From the NCBI GenBank assembly GCA_965198225.1, contig CBDAOY010000006.1, positions 672,001-736,000 on the forward strand: a stretch of 64,000 nucleotides of DNA, given 5' to 3'. The translations under genes and the position numbers were made by a program. The notes under the pieces are model-generated. The model made no database searches and was not told where the DNA came from. It saw only the letters and a list, made by a program, of their open reading frames with translations. Of this stretch, positions 42,528-52,418 are shown in pieces (position 1 is the first letter of the stretch; each line of letters begins with the position of its first letter). This DNA comes from Terriglobia bacterium. GTDB taxonomy: Bacteria; Acidobacteriota; Terriglobia; 20CM-2-55-15.

Positions 42528-44102
42528 ATGGCATTCGACCCTGTAAAACTTGAAATCTTCAAGAGCCTCTTCCACTCCATAGCGGAGGAGATGGGCGCCA
42601 CACTGAAGCGTACGGCCTACTCTCCCAACATCAAGGAGCGCCGCGACTATTCGTGCGCCATCTTCGACGAATCCGGCCGGATGGTGGCCCAGGGCGACCA
42701 CATGCCGGTCCACCTGGGGTCAATGCCCCTGTCGGTCGAAGCCGCGATTGCCAACCGCTCCATCGGCCCCGGTGACATGATCGCGCTCAACGATCCTTAC
42801 AAGGGAGGGACCCATCTGCCTGATATCACGCTTGTTTCGGGTGTTTTCGTGAAGCGCCGCCTCCTGTTCTTCGTCGCGTCGCGAGCCCACCATTCCGACG
42901 TCGGCGGCATGACCCCCGGTTCGATGCCGCTGGCCCAAGAGATTTACCAGGAAGGGCTCCGAATCCCTCCGGTGAAGCTGCTCAAGGCCGGAGAGATCAA
43001 CCGGGATGTCTGGGACCTGGTCCTGCACAACGTTCGGACCCCTGAGGAACGCGACGGGGACCTTGCCGCGATGCTCGGCGCGAACCGCACCGGCGAGCGC
43101 CGGCTGGTGGAGATTCTGCGGAAGTACGGCAGAAGAGAGGTGAACCTCTACATCACCGAGTTGCTCGACTACACCGAACGCATGACCCGGCACGTCATCT
43201 CTGCGATTCCAAACGGCGCGTACGAGGCGGAGGATGTTCTCGACGACGACGGCATCGGCGACCAGCCCATAAAGATCCGAGTCCGTATCACGATTCGAGG
43301 AAGTAACGCCCGCGTCGACTTTTCCGACTCCGATCCACAGGTAGCCGGGAGCGTCAACGCCGTCTATGCCATCACGGCGTCGGTTGTCTCTTACGTCTTC
43401 CGGACGCTGGTGGGGGTTCCGATACCGGCCACCGCCGGCGGGATGAGACCGCTGGAGATCATCGCTCCCGAGGGAACGGTCGTAAACGCCCGGCCTCCGG
43501 CGGCCGTCTGCGGAGGAAACGTCGAAACCTCGCAGCGCATCGTCGACGTGCTGTACCGGTGCCTGGCTCCGGCGCTGCCGGACACCATCCCGGCTGCCAG
43601 CCAGGGAACGATGAACAACGTCACGTTCGGGGGAACTGACGATCGTACGGGAGGTGCCTTCGCCTACTACGAAACGATCGCGGGCGGTATGGGTGCCCGC
43701 CCGACCATGGATGGCATCTCGGGAGTGCATACCCACATGACCAACTCCATGAACACGCCCATCGAGGCTCTCGAGTATGCGTATCCCGTCCGAATCGAGC
43801 GTTACGGGTTGCGTCCCGGATCGGGCGGGGCGGGCCGGCATCAAGGCGGAGATGGAATCGTTCGCCATATCCGCTTTCTGACACCGGCTCAGGTGACGGT
43901 CCTGTCGGAAAGACGCCGCGTCGAACCCTACGGCCTGAGGGGAGGTCGGCCCGGGGAGTCCGGCCGCAACAGGGTCCTACGGACAGGTGGCGGCGTTGAT
44001 CGGTTCCCCTCCAAGTTCACGACCGCAGTTGAGGCCGGCGACGTTTTGTCCGTTGAAACTCCAGGTGGCGGCGGTTGGGGCCGGCCACGGAAGAAGAAAT
44101 GA
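42528..44102 (+). CDS. hydantoinase/oxoprolinase B subunit
   Basis: EEMG..L.RTAYSPNIKERRDYSC, NDPY.GGTHLPD, HHSDVGG, ETPGGGGWG. Confidence 0.93.
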   Translation: MAFDPVKLEIFKSLFHSIAEEMGATLKRTAYSPNIKERRDYSCAIFDESGRMVAQGDHMPVHLGSMPLSVEAAIANRSIGPGDMIALNDPYKGGTHLPDITLVSGVFVKRRLLFFVASRAHHSDVGGMTPGSMPLAQEIYQEGLRIPPVKLLKAGEINRDVWDLVLHNVRTPEERDGDLAAMLGANRTGERRLVEILRKYGRREVNLYITELLDYTERMTRHVISAIPNGAYEAEDVLDDDGIGDQPIKIRVRITIRGSNARVDFSDSDPQVAGSVNAVYAITASVVSYVFRTLVGVPIPATAGGMRPLEIIAPEGTVVNARPPAAVCGGNVETSQRIVDVLYRCLAPALPDTIPAASQGTMNNVTFGGTDDRTGGAFAYYETIAGGMGARPTMDGISGVHTHMTNSMNTPIEALEYAYPVRIERYGLRPGSGGAGRHQGGDGIVRHIRFLTPAQVTVLSERRRVEPYGLRGGRPGESGRNRVLRTGGGVDRFPSKFTTAVEAGDVLSVETPGGGGWGRPRKKK

Positions 44103-44203
44103 ATCTACTCTACCGCTAGGACGGGACAGACCCGTTGGACAGGAGCCCCAGCTTCAAGTCGCCACCAAGGCTTCGGCGCCTGAGAAGCGAAACTTTGGGT
44201 TCG

Positions 44204-44275
44204 GGTGTAGGTGCGCTCTATGAGCGCACAGTGTTTCGGTTCGAAGAATGTGCGGTCATAGACCGCACCTACACC
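44204..44275. repeat. GTAG-type REP doublet
   Basis: Same family as 18161, 23802 and 25532. Confidence 0.8.
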
Positions 44276-44426
44276 TCCTCAGGAGATGCGCCTCTCCAAA
44301 TCTCCTCCCCTCGAAAGACTGTCTTGGACAAGGATGGCTGCACCTCAAACCCCTACGAGCGGCCGAGCCCTTCTGACAAAAATTGGCTCCAACACGACTA
44401 TTTTCTTTATACTTTCCCCATCGTTC

Positions 44427-44771
44427 ATGAGCCGTCTTGTGACATCCGGGATCGCCTTCTTTCTGCTGCCGGCCCTACTGGTTTTCAGCTTCCAGTCGGC
44501 GCTCGAGGTCTTGCATCCGATCGAGGAGGAGAGTTCTTCCCATCCTGATTTCGCCGGTGAGGGGGATATCCTTCACGATCCGTCCGAAGGCGATCACGGC
44601 GACCACGATCCGCATTTCTGTCCCCATTCGCATGCGTTCGCCCCTCTCGTACATTTAGCGGTTGCTTTCAACGACGATGCCTTCGGCGAGACCAGCGCCT
44701 CATTGTCCGATGCGCCTGTCGTGGGTTCCACCTCACGCGCTTCAGAACGCGGCCCCCCAGTCCTCCGGTAG
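44427..44771 (+). CDS. His-rich leader protein with C-terminal RGPP motif (DUF2946-like uORF)
   Basis: N-terminal hydrophobic segment, HDPSEGDHGDHDPHFCPHSH, ends RASERGPPVLR; directly upstream of the TonB receptor. Confidence 0.65.
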   Translation: MSRLVTSGIAFFLLPALLVFSFQSALEVLHPIEEESSSHPDFAGEGDILHDPSEGDHGDHDPHFCPHSHAFAPLVHLAVAFNDDAFGETSASLSDAPVVGSTSRASERGPPVLR

Positions 44772-44832
44772 AAGCCCTGTTTCCTGTCCCGGGCGACGCC
44801 CGCCCGCCGCCTTCTCTATTCCGGAGGACTGA

Positions 44833-47108
44833 TTGAAGCGTTTTTCCGTTTTTCCCCTTTTAGCCTTGCTGGCGCTGCCGGTGATGCTGTCCGCCGAGGC
44901 GGGGGGCCTGTCCGCGCAGGCGGGAGGGGTCGTCGAGGGCGTTGTCTCGCTCCCCACCGAAGCCCCGGCTCACCGAGCAACCGTCATGCTGGTTCAGCTC
45001 AGTCGCATCGTCGAGACCGACGAAGAAGGGCGATACCGCTTCGAGAACGTTCCAGGAGGCACGTACGAAGTCGTCGCCATCATGTCGGCAATGAGTGCGC
45101 CGAGCCAGGTCGTCGAGGTGTCGGCCGGAGTCACAGTTTCGCTCGACATCCAGCTGGCTGTCTCGCGCCTGAGGCAGCAGATCACGGTAACTGCAACCGG
45201 CCGTGAAGAGCTGACGTTCGAGGCCGTCCCGTCGGTCACGACCTTGGATTCTTTCGAATTGTCCGAGGCCATGGCGACGTCCATCGGCGAAGTCCTGAAT
45301 GGACAGTTGGGCGTCGCGAAGCGCAGCTTCGGCGCAGGCAATGCCCGGCCGGTGGTGCGCGGTTTTGACGGCGACCGGGTTCTCGTGATGCAGGACGGGA
45401 TCCGCGTCGGTTCGCTCGGCGCTCAATCAGGCGATCATGCGGAGCCGATCGACACCAGCAGTGTGGAGCGGGTGGAAGTCGTCAAGGGACCGGCTACGCT
45501 TCTCTACGGCAGCAACGCCGTCGGCGGCGTCGTGAACGCGGTGAGCAGTCACCAGAAATTCACCAGCGGCCCCACCAGGGTCTGCGGGGCCAGGTTTCGA
45601 CTTCCTTCGGAACGGGTAATGAACAGGCGGGCGGCAGCTTCAGTTCCGAGTACGGCTTCGAGAACTGGCTCGTTTGGGTGGGTGGCGGCGGACAGCGAAC
45701 CGATGACTACTCGACGCCAATCGGAAAGATCGAAAACTCGAAGAGCCGAATAAGCAACGGGTCCGCCGGAATCGGCTGGTACTCGGACGGTGGCTTCGTA
45801 AGCGCCGGCTACAAGGCCAACGATGGACGCTCCGGCATTCCGTTCGCCGGAAGTTTGCTCGGGCGCCATGAGCCAGGAGGCGAAGAAGCGGCAGCGGGAG
45901 AGGAAGAGGTCGAAGCCATCGACGTTGCCTTCCGCCGGCACAACGTGCACTTCACCGGCGGTCTCCGAGACCTCGGATCCACCATTGAGGGTTTCGAGCT
46001 CTCGCTGAACTACACGGACTGGAACCAGGACGAAGTCGAAACGCTGCGAGGCGGGATCCAGGAAGTCGGAACGACGTTCGAAAACAAGCAGTTCGTGTAC
46101 CGCGGGGTGTTCGAACAGGCGCGCCGCGGGGTGCTCGGCGGAAGCTTTGGTTTCTGGGGCATGACCCGGGACTACGAGCCCAAGGGCGAGGAGGCGCTGT
46201 CGCCTCCCGTCGACAAGAGAGCGTTCGCGGCTTTTGCGCTGGAGGAACTGGTGTACGACCGCGTAAAAGTTCATCTCGGAGGACGACTCGAACACACCCG
46301 GTACGAGCCAAAGGCGCCGGGCGCCGAGCGGACGGAGTTTTCGAGCCAGGCTTTCACCGGGCTCTCCGCCGGCATCGGCGCCCGCTTCGACCTGTGGTCG
46401 GGCGGGGCGTTCGTCGCCAACTACACGAGCTCGTTTCGCGCTCCAGCGTTGGAAGAGCTTTACAACTTCGGTCCGCACGTCGGCAATCTCACCTTTGAAA
46501 TCGGTAACCCGGACCTTGAACGCGAGCGTTCCAACGGCCTCGACTTCTCCCTCCGGCATCAACAGAGCCGCATCAGCGGTGAGGCCAATTTTTTTTACTA
46601 CGACCTCGACAACTTTGTATTCCTGGCGCCGACGGGTGAAATCGAAAGCGGTCTGACGGAGGCCGTATACGATCAGGGCGACAGCCGGTTCCTGGGAGCG
46701 GAAGTCAAACTCGACGTCGGGATCAACGACAGCATCTGGTTGACCCTGGTCCTGGATACGGTGGACACGCGACTCGAGGCAACCGATGGTGCGCTGCCCC
46801 GGATACCACCACTGCGGGGCACAGTCGGGCTTGACCTCCGGTCCAACGATTTCAGCGTGAGACCGGAAGTGGTCATGGCCGATTCACGGGACGACGTGTT
46901 TTCGACCGAGACGTCGACACCGGGCTACACCGTCTTCAACCTCAGGGCTTCCTACACGATTCCGCAGCAACATCTCGCCCACCACTTGTCGGTCAACTTC
47001 TTCAACATCGGCGACCGGCTCTACCGGAACCACGTGAGCTTCATAAAGGATCTCGCTCCCGAGATCGGGCGCGGGATTCGGTTCTCCTATGCGGTCAAGT
47101 ACTTCTAG
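44833..47108 (+). pseudogene. TonB-dependent receptor (ZnuD/metal-uptake-like) with a 1-nt frameshift near 45554
   Basis: Plug RPVVRG..GDRVLV.QDG...VEVVKGPATLLYGSNAVGGVVN; barrel ending in YF; frames join at CACCA^GAAATT. Confidence 0.82.
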
Positions 47109-47356
47109 GTGAGTGGGAAGTGACGAGTGATGAGTGACAAGTGACGGGTCGGAGCCTTGTCTCTCGTCACCATCCCTTGCCCCCAACTGACTACTGACAA
47201 CTGACTACTCGCTGGTGTATAAGGGTCGCCAAATCTCAGATTAGGAATCTTGCGGAGGCGACCAGCTCGATGCTGATCGCCCACAGCACGCTGGATCTTC
47301 TCTGCGCCCGGAGGGCAAACGCTTCAGACATGGGGATCCGGCGTCCAGGAGGACAC

Positions 47357-49231
47357 ATGCAGTCCACCAGGTACGATTTGTACACAAAGTGTTGGCTTCT
47401 CTTGCTCACGACTGTTCTGGTGCTGGCAGGCGACGCCAGAGCGCAGAGAACGGTTAAACCCACCCTGCACGGCAAGCACTGGGTCGCCATCACTGGTAAG
47501 CCTCTGGGCGCGACCGCCGGCGCGATGATGTTTCAGAAAGGAGGCAATGCCGTCGACGCGGCCTGCGCCATGCTGGGTGCGACCGCGACCATGTTTGATG
47601 CACTGAGCTGGGGAGGCGAGACCCAGGCGCTGATATTCAATCCTCACACCGGCAGAGTCCACGGAATCAACGCTCTCGGTGTGGCCCCGACCGGAGCAAC
47701 CCCCGAATTCTTCCGCAAAGAAGGCATGCCCTACCCGCCGGCCTACGGCCCTCTGGCCGCCGTGACCCCGGGAACACCGGGGGGCCTGCTCGTGATGCTG
47801 GCGGAGTACGGCACACTGAGCCTCAAGGAGGTTCTGGAACCCTCGATGCAGATGGCGGAAGGCTATCCGATAGAGCAGCAGGCCGCCGACAGCATCGAGG
47901 AGCAAAAGGATCGGATCAAGCAGTGGCCATACTCCCGAAAGGTGTTTCTGCCCCACATCGGTGAGGACCGCGAAGCGCCCTACGCGGGCGAGATCTTCCG
48001 ACAACCGGAACTTCTGGAGACTCTGCGCAAGCTGATCGAGGCCGAGGAGCGTGCACTGGCGGAAGGCAAGACCCGAAAAGAAGCCATCTACGCGGCATAC
48101 GAGCGATTCTACAAGGGCGACATCGCCATGGAATTCGTGCGAGGGTCTCGAGAGCAGGGTGGCCTGCACACGCTTGAAGACCTTGCGAACTGGGAGGTGT
48201 ACATCGAAGACCCGGTCGTGACGAGCTACCGGGATATCGACGTGTACAAGCTGACCACCTGGGTCCAGGGGCCGGTCCTGCTGCAGACCCTGAACATACT
48301 GGAGAATGCCGACCTCCGATCGATGGAATACAACAGCACACGGTACATCCACACGCTGTACCAGGCGATGAACCTCGCCTTCGCCGACCGCGACTTCTAC
48401 TACGGCGACCCGTACTTTCCTCCCGAGGAGCCGATCCGGGGGCTGCTGTCCAAGGACTATGCCAGGCAGCGCTATGCCGAGATCGATTGGGAACGGAACG
48501 ATCCCAACACCAAGCCCGGAGATCCATATCCATTCCAGAGGGAAGAGAATCCGTACCTCGATCTTCTGGAGCGATGGAACAAACCCGGGACCGAGTCCGA
48601 GGCGGCAGTAGCGTCTTCAGGAGAGCGTTCGTTCGAGGAAGGTTTCTTTGCCGGAACCACGTCGATTCAGGCCGCGGACGAGGAAGGGTGGGTGGTCTCG
48701 ATCACTCCAAGCGGCGGGTGGATTCTGGCGACCCTGGCGGGTCGGACGGGAATCGGGATGAGCCAGCGCATGCAGAGCTTCGTCCTCGACGAAACCCAGA
48801 ACCCGTTCAACGTCGTCGAGCCGGGCAAGCGGCCGCGCGCAACTTTGACACCGAGCCTGGCTCTGAAGGATGGCCGGCCGTTCCTGTCTTTCGCGGTTCA
48901 GGGGGGAGACAGTCAAGACCAGAATCTTCTACAGTTTTTCCTGAACGTCGTCGAGTTCGGAATGAACGTGCAGCAGGCGGTCGAAGCATCGAACATCAAC
49001 AGCTTCCAGATGAGGAGCTCGTTCGATGCGCACGAGTCTCAGCCCGGGCGGCTGACCCTGAACGATTCCGTTCCACCGTGGGTCCGGGCCGAACTGCAGA
49101 GGATGGGCTACAGCCTCGCTTTCAGTCCACGGACCTCCGGTCCCATCACCGCCATTTTCTTCGACCGCGTGCATGGAACGATGTGGGGAGGAGCCAGCCA
49201 CCATGGGGAGGACTACGGCATAGCGTGGTAG
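47357..49231 (+). CDS. ggt: gamma-glutamyltransferase family protein
   Basis: GGNAVDAA, GTTSI nucleophile Thr, PGKRPRATLTP, GGDSQDQ. Confidence 0.9.
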   Translation: MQSTRYDLYTKCWLLLLTTVLVLAGDARAQRTVKPTLHGKHWVAITGKPLGATAGAMMFQKGGNAVDAACAMLGATATMFDALSWGGETQALIFNPHTGRVHGINALGVAPTGATPEFFRKEGMPYPPAYGPLAAVTPGTPGGLLVMLAEYGTLSLKEVLEPSMQMAEGYPIEQQAADSIEEQKDRIKQWPYSRKVFLPHIGEDREAPYAGEIFRQPELLETLRKLIEAEERALAEGKTRKEAIYAAYERFYKGDIAMEFVRGSREQGGLHTLEDLANWEVYIEDPVVTSYRDIDVYKLTTWVQGPVLLQTLNILENADLRSMEYNSTRYIHTLYQAMNLAFADRDFYYGDPYFPPEEPIRGLLSKDYARQRYAEIDWERNDPNTKPGDPYPFQREENPYLDLLERWNKPGTESEAAVASSGERSFEEGFFAGTTSIQAADEEGWVVSITPSGGWILATLAGRTGIGMSQRMQSFVLDETQNPFNVVEPGKRPRATLTPSLALKDGRPFLSFAVQGGDSQDQNLLQFFLNVVEFGMNVQQAVEASNINSFQMRSSFDAHESQPGRLTLNDSVPPWVRAELQRMGYSLAFSPRTSGPITAIFFDRVHGTMWGGASHHGEDYGIAW

Positions 49232-49298
49232 TCGCGGTTGTTTAGGCGAGTCCGAAATCATCGAGCGGCGACTTACCGACGCTCCTGCTTGCCGGACA

Positions 49299-49957
49299 CC
49301 CGGGGCCAGGGCCAGGCCCCTGTCCCCCCCTCACATTGGCTCTCTCGGGGTTCGTATCGCGAAACGTAGACGCCCGGATTGCAAATTGCGGTATTAAAAA
49401 CAATCCGCATTGCACGTTGCTCATTGGAAATTGCTTCATTTCAGATTTTTCTGCTCGACCGATCACCAATTGAGCAATTTCCAATCTCCAAGCTGCAATG
49501 CGGATTTGTCCATTAATCAATTTGCGATAGATCGATTTCATCCCTGACACGGGAAAAGGTCGGTCGCTTCGCGACCCTTCGTCCTAAGCGAAGACCCGGA
49601 GACAAGGCCAGGCCGCCTGTCCCCCTCACATCGGCTCTCTGGGGTTTCGTGTCGCGAAACGTAGACGCCTGCAAAGACCGGTGTCTGGATTGCAAATTGC
49701 GGTATTGAAAACAATCCGCATTTCACGTTGCTCATTGGAAATTGCTTCATTTCAGATTTTTCTGCTCGACCGATCACCAATTGAGCAATTTCCAATCTCC
49801 AAGCTGCAATGCGGATTTGTCCATTAATCAATTTGCGATAGATCGGTTTCATCCCTGACACGGGAAAAGGTCGGTCGCTTCGCGACCCTTCGTCCTAAGC
49901 GAAGACCCGGAAACAGGGCCAGGCCGCGAGTCCCCCTCACACTGACTCTCTCGCGGT
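49299..49957. repeat. composite tandem repeat (about 311-bp period) containing family A copies 3 and 4
   Basis: Near-identical units starting 49378 and 49689, interleaved with a GGCCAGGCC..GTCCCCCTCACA motif also found near 42456. Confidence 0.8.
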
Positions 49958-50131
49958 TCCTTATGGTTCTAACTGACTACTGACTACTCGCCGCGCCAGC
50001 GGCGTGTCACTCATCACTCGTCACCAATCGCCTCCCAACTGACTACTGACAACTGACTACTCGCGCCGCGCCAGCGGCGCGCCCCCTTTTGTCCTTGATT
50101 GCTTCTTCGACTCTGCATTAGCGTCTTGGGC

Positions 50132-50563
50132 ATGCAATCCGTACGAATCGCGATGCTTGTCACCACTCTCACGATGCCTGTAGTCCATGCGGAGGCTCAG
50201 TCGTTGGTCCAGTTGCGGGATGTGCTCGAAGACCTCGTGGAAGTTCCGGCGGTCTCGGGCCACGAGGGTCCGCTCGCCGGGTTCATCGCGGATCGATTGC
50301 GGGAGAGTGGATTCGAGGTGGACATCGACCGGATGTCCAATGTGACAGTCACGATCGGCTCGGGGAGCCCGCACCGGTTGCTGGTTGCGAACATCGACGA
50401 GCGCGGTTGCGTTGTGTCCGGTTGGACCGACGACGGGTATCTGCGAATGGCCCGCATCGGCCTCAGTCCGTCTCACCACTCTCACTCACCCGTCGAGGTG
50501 CTCGCGAAGAATGACCTGGAAGCCCTGGCCGAGATCATCCGTTATCTCGTCGTCGAGTTCTGA
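50132..50563 (+). pseudogene. M42-like aminopeptidase remnant with large internal deletion
   Basis: N-terminal L.EVPAVSGHE, D.MSNV, .DE.G.VV....DDGYLR joined directly to a C-terminal HSPVE....DL motif in about 143 aa. Confidence 0.6.
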
Positions 50564-50584
50564 CGTCTCTCCGGACCATAAGCG

Positions 50585-51274
50585 ATGCCCGTAACGACAC
50601 GCATCCCGGAAGGCTGGTTTTGGATGGGTTCCGACGATTACCACCAGTCCGAGGCGCCCCGCCACCGGGTGTGGCTCGATTCCTTCGAATTGGCTCGGAC
50701 GACGGTCACGCACCGCGATTACGCGCAGTTCCTCGCGGCCACCGATCATGAACCGCCGAAGGGTTGGGGTGATGAGAATTTTTCCCTTCCGGAGCAACCC
50801 GTGGTGGGCGCGAGTTGGTTCGACGCCGTTGTCTACTGCGAGTGGTTGAGCGACTTGATGGGCAGGACTTATCGGTTGCCAACCGAGGCCGAATGGGAGA
50901 AAGCCTGTCGGGGCTCCGAGGAGGGCGGTCTCTACTACTGGGGAAACGAACCGCCCGAGACCCTCGACTACTTCCAGGGTAACTGGGACGGGCCGCGCTC
51001 GGTCGCGGAGTGGCGACCGAATAACTACGGCCTGTGGAACATGGGCGACAACGTCCACGAATGGTGCCAGGACTGGTATTCCGCCGATTACTATGCGATT
51101 TCACTCGGCCACAACCCGACCGGGCCCGTGAAGGGAACGCGTCGTGTTTCGCGGGGGGGATCGTGGCGTCACGAAATCAAGGCTTCCCGCATCACCCAGC
51201 GAAGCAGCATCCCGCCTTCCTACCGGTACACCGACTACGGTTTCCGGGTGGCCGCGAGCGTTGAGGCCCAGTAG
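50585..51274 (+). CDS. FGE-sulfatase (SUMF1/EgtB-like) domain protein
   Basis: F.MGS, P.H.V, RLPTEAEWEKACRG, N.YGL..MGDNV.EW, RGGSW, GFR. Confidence 0.9.
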   Translation: MPVTTRIPEGWFWMGSDDYHQSEAPRHRVWLDSFELARTTVTHRDYAQFLAATDHEPPKGWGDENFSLPEQPVVGASWFDAVVYCEWLSDLMGRTYRLPTEAEWEKACRGSEEGGLYYWGNEPPETLDYFQGNWDGPRSVAEWRPNNYGLWNMGDNVHEWCQDWYSADYYAISLGHNPTGPVKGTRRVSRGGSWRHEIKASRITQRSSIPPSYRYTDYGFRVAASVEAQ

Positions 51275-51297
51275 CCGTTGCCTGCCCAACTTACCGT

Positions 51298-52281
51298 CTA
51301 TGGTGCGAAGTAGCCGTTGCGGGTCCGAACCGTGGACCCATCGCGGGTTCGAACGCGGATGTCGTGCCACCCGCGCCGCTCGACGTTGGAGGGGTAGTAA
51401 CCGAGCGTGTACTGGCTTCGAAGCTCGGCGGAGACCTCATCGAGGACCACGTCGATTTCGGTGGCGCTCCCACCCGTCCAAGTGCTCGAGACCAGGTATG
51501 CCTTGCCCCCGCTCGCCTCACCGAATGACCGCAGTACTTCCATGTCGACCGGTTCGTCGACGATGTTGGACGGCACTCCCCGCACACCCGGTACCGGAGA
51601 CAACGGCCAGTCGAAGGAGACGTGCTCGGTAGGGTCGGCGAACCGGGTTGGGTCGATCCCCAGGCCGTAGATCAGCATTTCTGACTTACGGACCGCCTCG
51701 AGGGTTTCCTCAAACTCCAGGGAACTGCTCGTGTCGTCTCCGTCGGTGAGCAGCAGTACGGCCCGCTTGTCGTGACGTCCATCCACGACTTTGTCGAGCC
51801 CCGCCGAAAGCGCATCGTAGAGGGCCGTCCCCCCGACGGCGCGAACTCTTCTCAGGGATCGCGACAGCTTCTCTCGGTCGCTGGTGATGTCTTGAATCAG
51901 CGAAACGCCTCCCGAGAAAGTCATGATGAACACGTCGTCATCCTCGTGCAATGTCCCGATGAATCGGTCTACCGCTCCCAGCGCCGTCCGCATTCGACGT
52001 TGCATGCTGCCGCTGGTGTCGATGACGATGCCCACGCTGGCCGGGATGTTCCGGTCCTGGGTGAAATGCACGATCTCCTGGGGGATCCCCCCGTCCTCGA
52101 TGATGAAGTCGTCTGCCGTGAGGTCGTCGACGTAACGCCCGTCTTGGTCCGTGACCGTCGCGACTACACTGACGAGCTGGATGTCGACCTGGAGAGTGTC
52201 CTGCTGTTGGCCGAACGATGGCAGGATTGCGACGACAAACGCCACGGCGAGTCCGGCAGCTGTTGGTACTCGTTTGCTCAT
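51298..52281 (-). CDS. secreted VWA-domain protein (Acidobacterial VWFA type)
   Basis: DTSGS MIDAS motif, GGTALYDA, LLTDGDDTSS, ELRSQYTLGYYP. Confidence 0.88.
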   Translation of the reverse strand: MSKRVPTAAGLAVAFVVAILPSFGQQQDTLQVDIQLVSVVATVTDQDGRYVDDLTADDFIIEDGGIPQEIVHFTQDRNIPASVGIVIDTSGSMQRRMRTALGAVDRFIGTLHEDDDVFIMTFSGGVSLIQDITSDREKLSRSLRRVRAVGGTALYDALSAGLDKVVDGRHDKRAVLLLTDGDDTSSSLEFEETLEAVRKSEMLIYGLGIDPTRFADPTEHVSFDWPLSPVPGVRGVPSNIVDEPVDMEVLRSFGEASGGKAYLVSSTWTGGSATEIDVVLDEVSAELRSQYTLGYYPSNVERRGWHDIRVRTRDGSTVRTRNGYFAP

Positions 52282-52418
52282 GGCTTCAGCCTGATAGGGC
52301 CCACCGCCCGGTGGTCAGGGAGTTCGAACGCCCCTTGAATTGCTCCACCGGGCGGCTTACCCATGCGCTATGAACTAAGACGGTGATTGCCCATGATCGT
52401 TAACATGAGACTGCGATT

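Noticed and set aside
49299-49957. Possible CRISPR array
   Set aside because: Units are about 311 bp and nearly identical throughout, with no unique spacers and no cas genes.
50585-51274. FGE-sulfatase domain gene as a second DGR target (this fold is a common DGR target)
   Set aside because: Its 3' end shows no nucleotide similarity to the TR: no GGCTCCGCGTGG or GCCTTGTGCGTGCG anchors.
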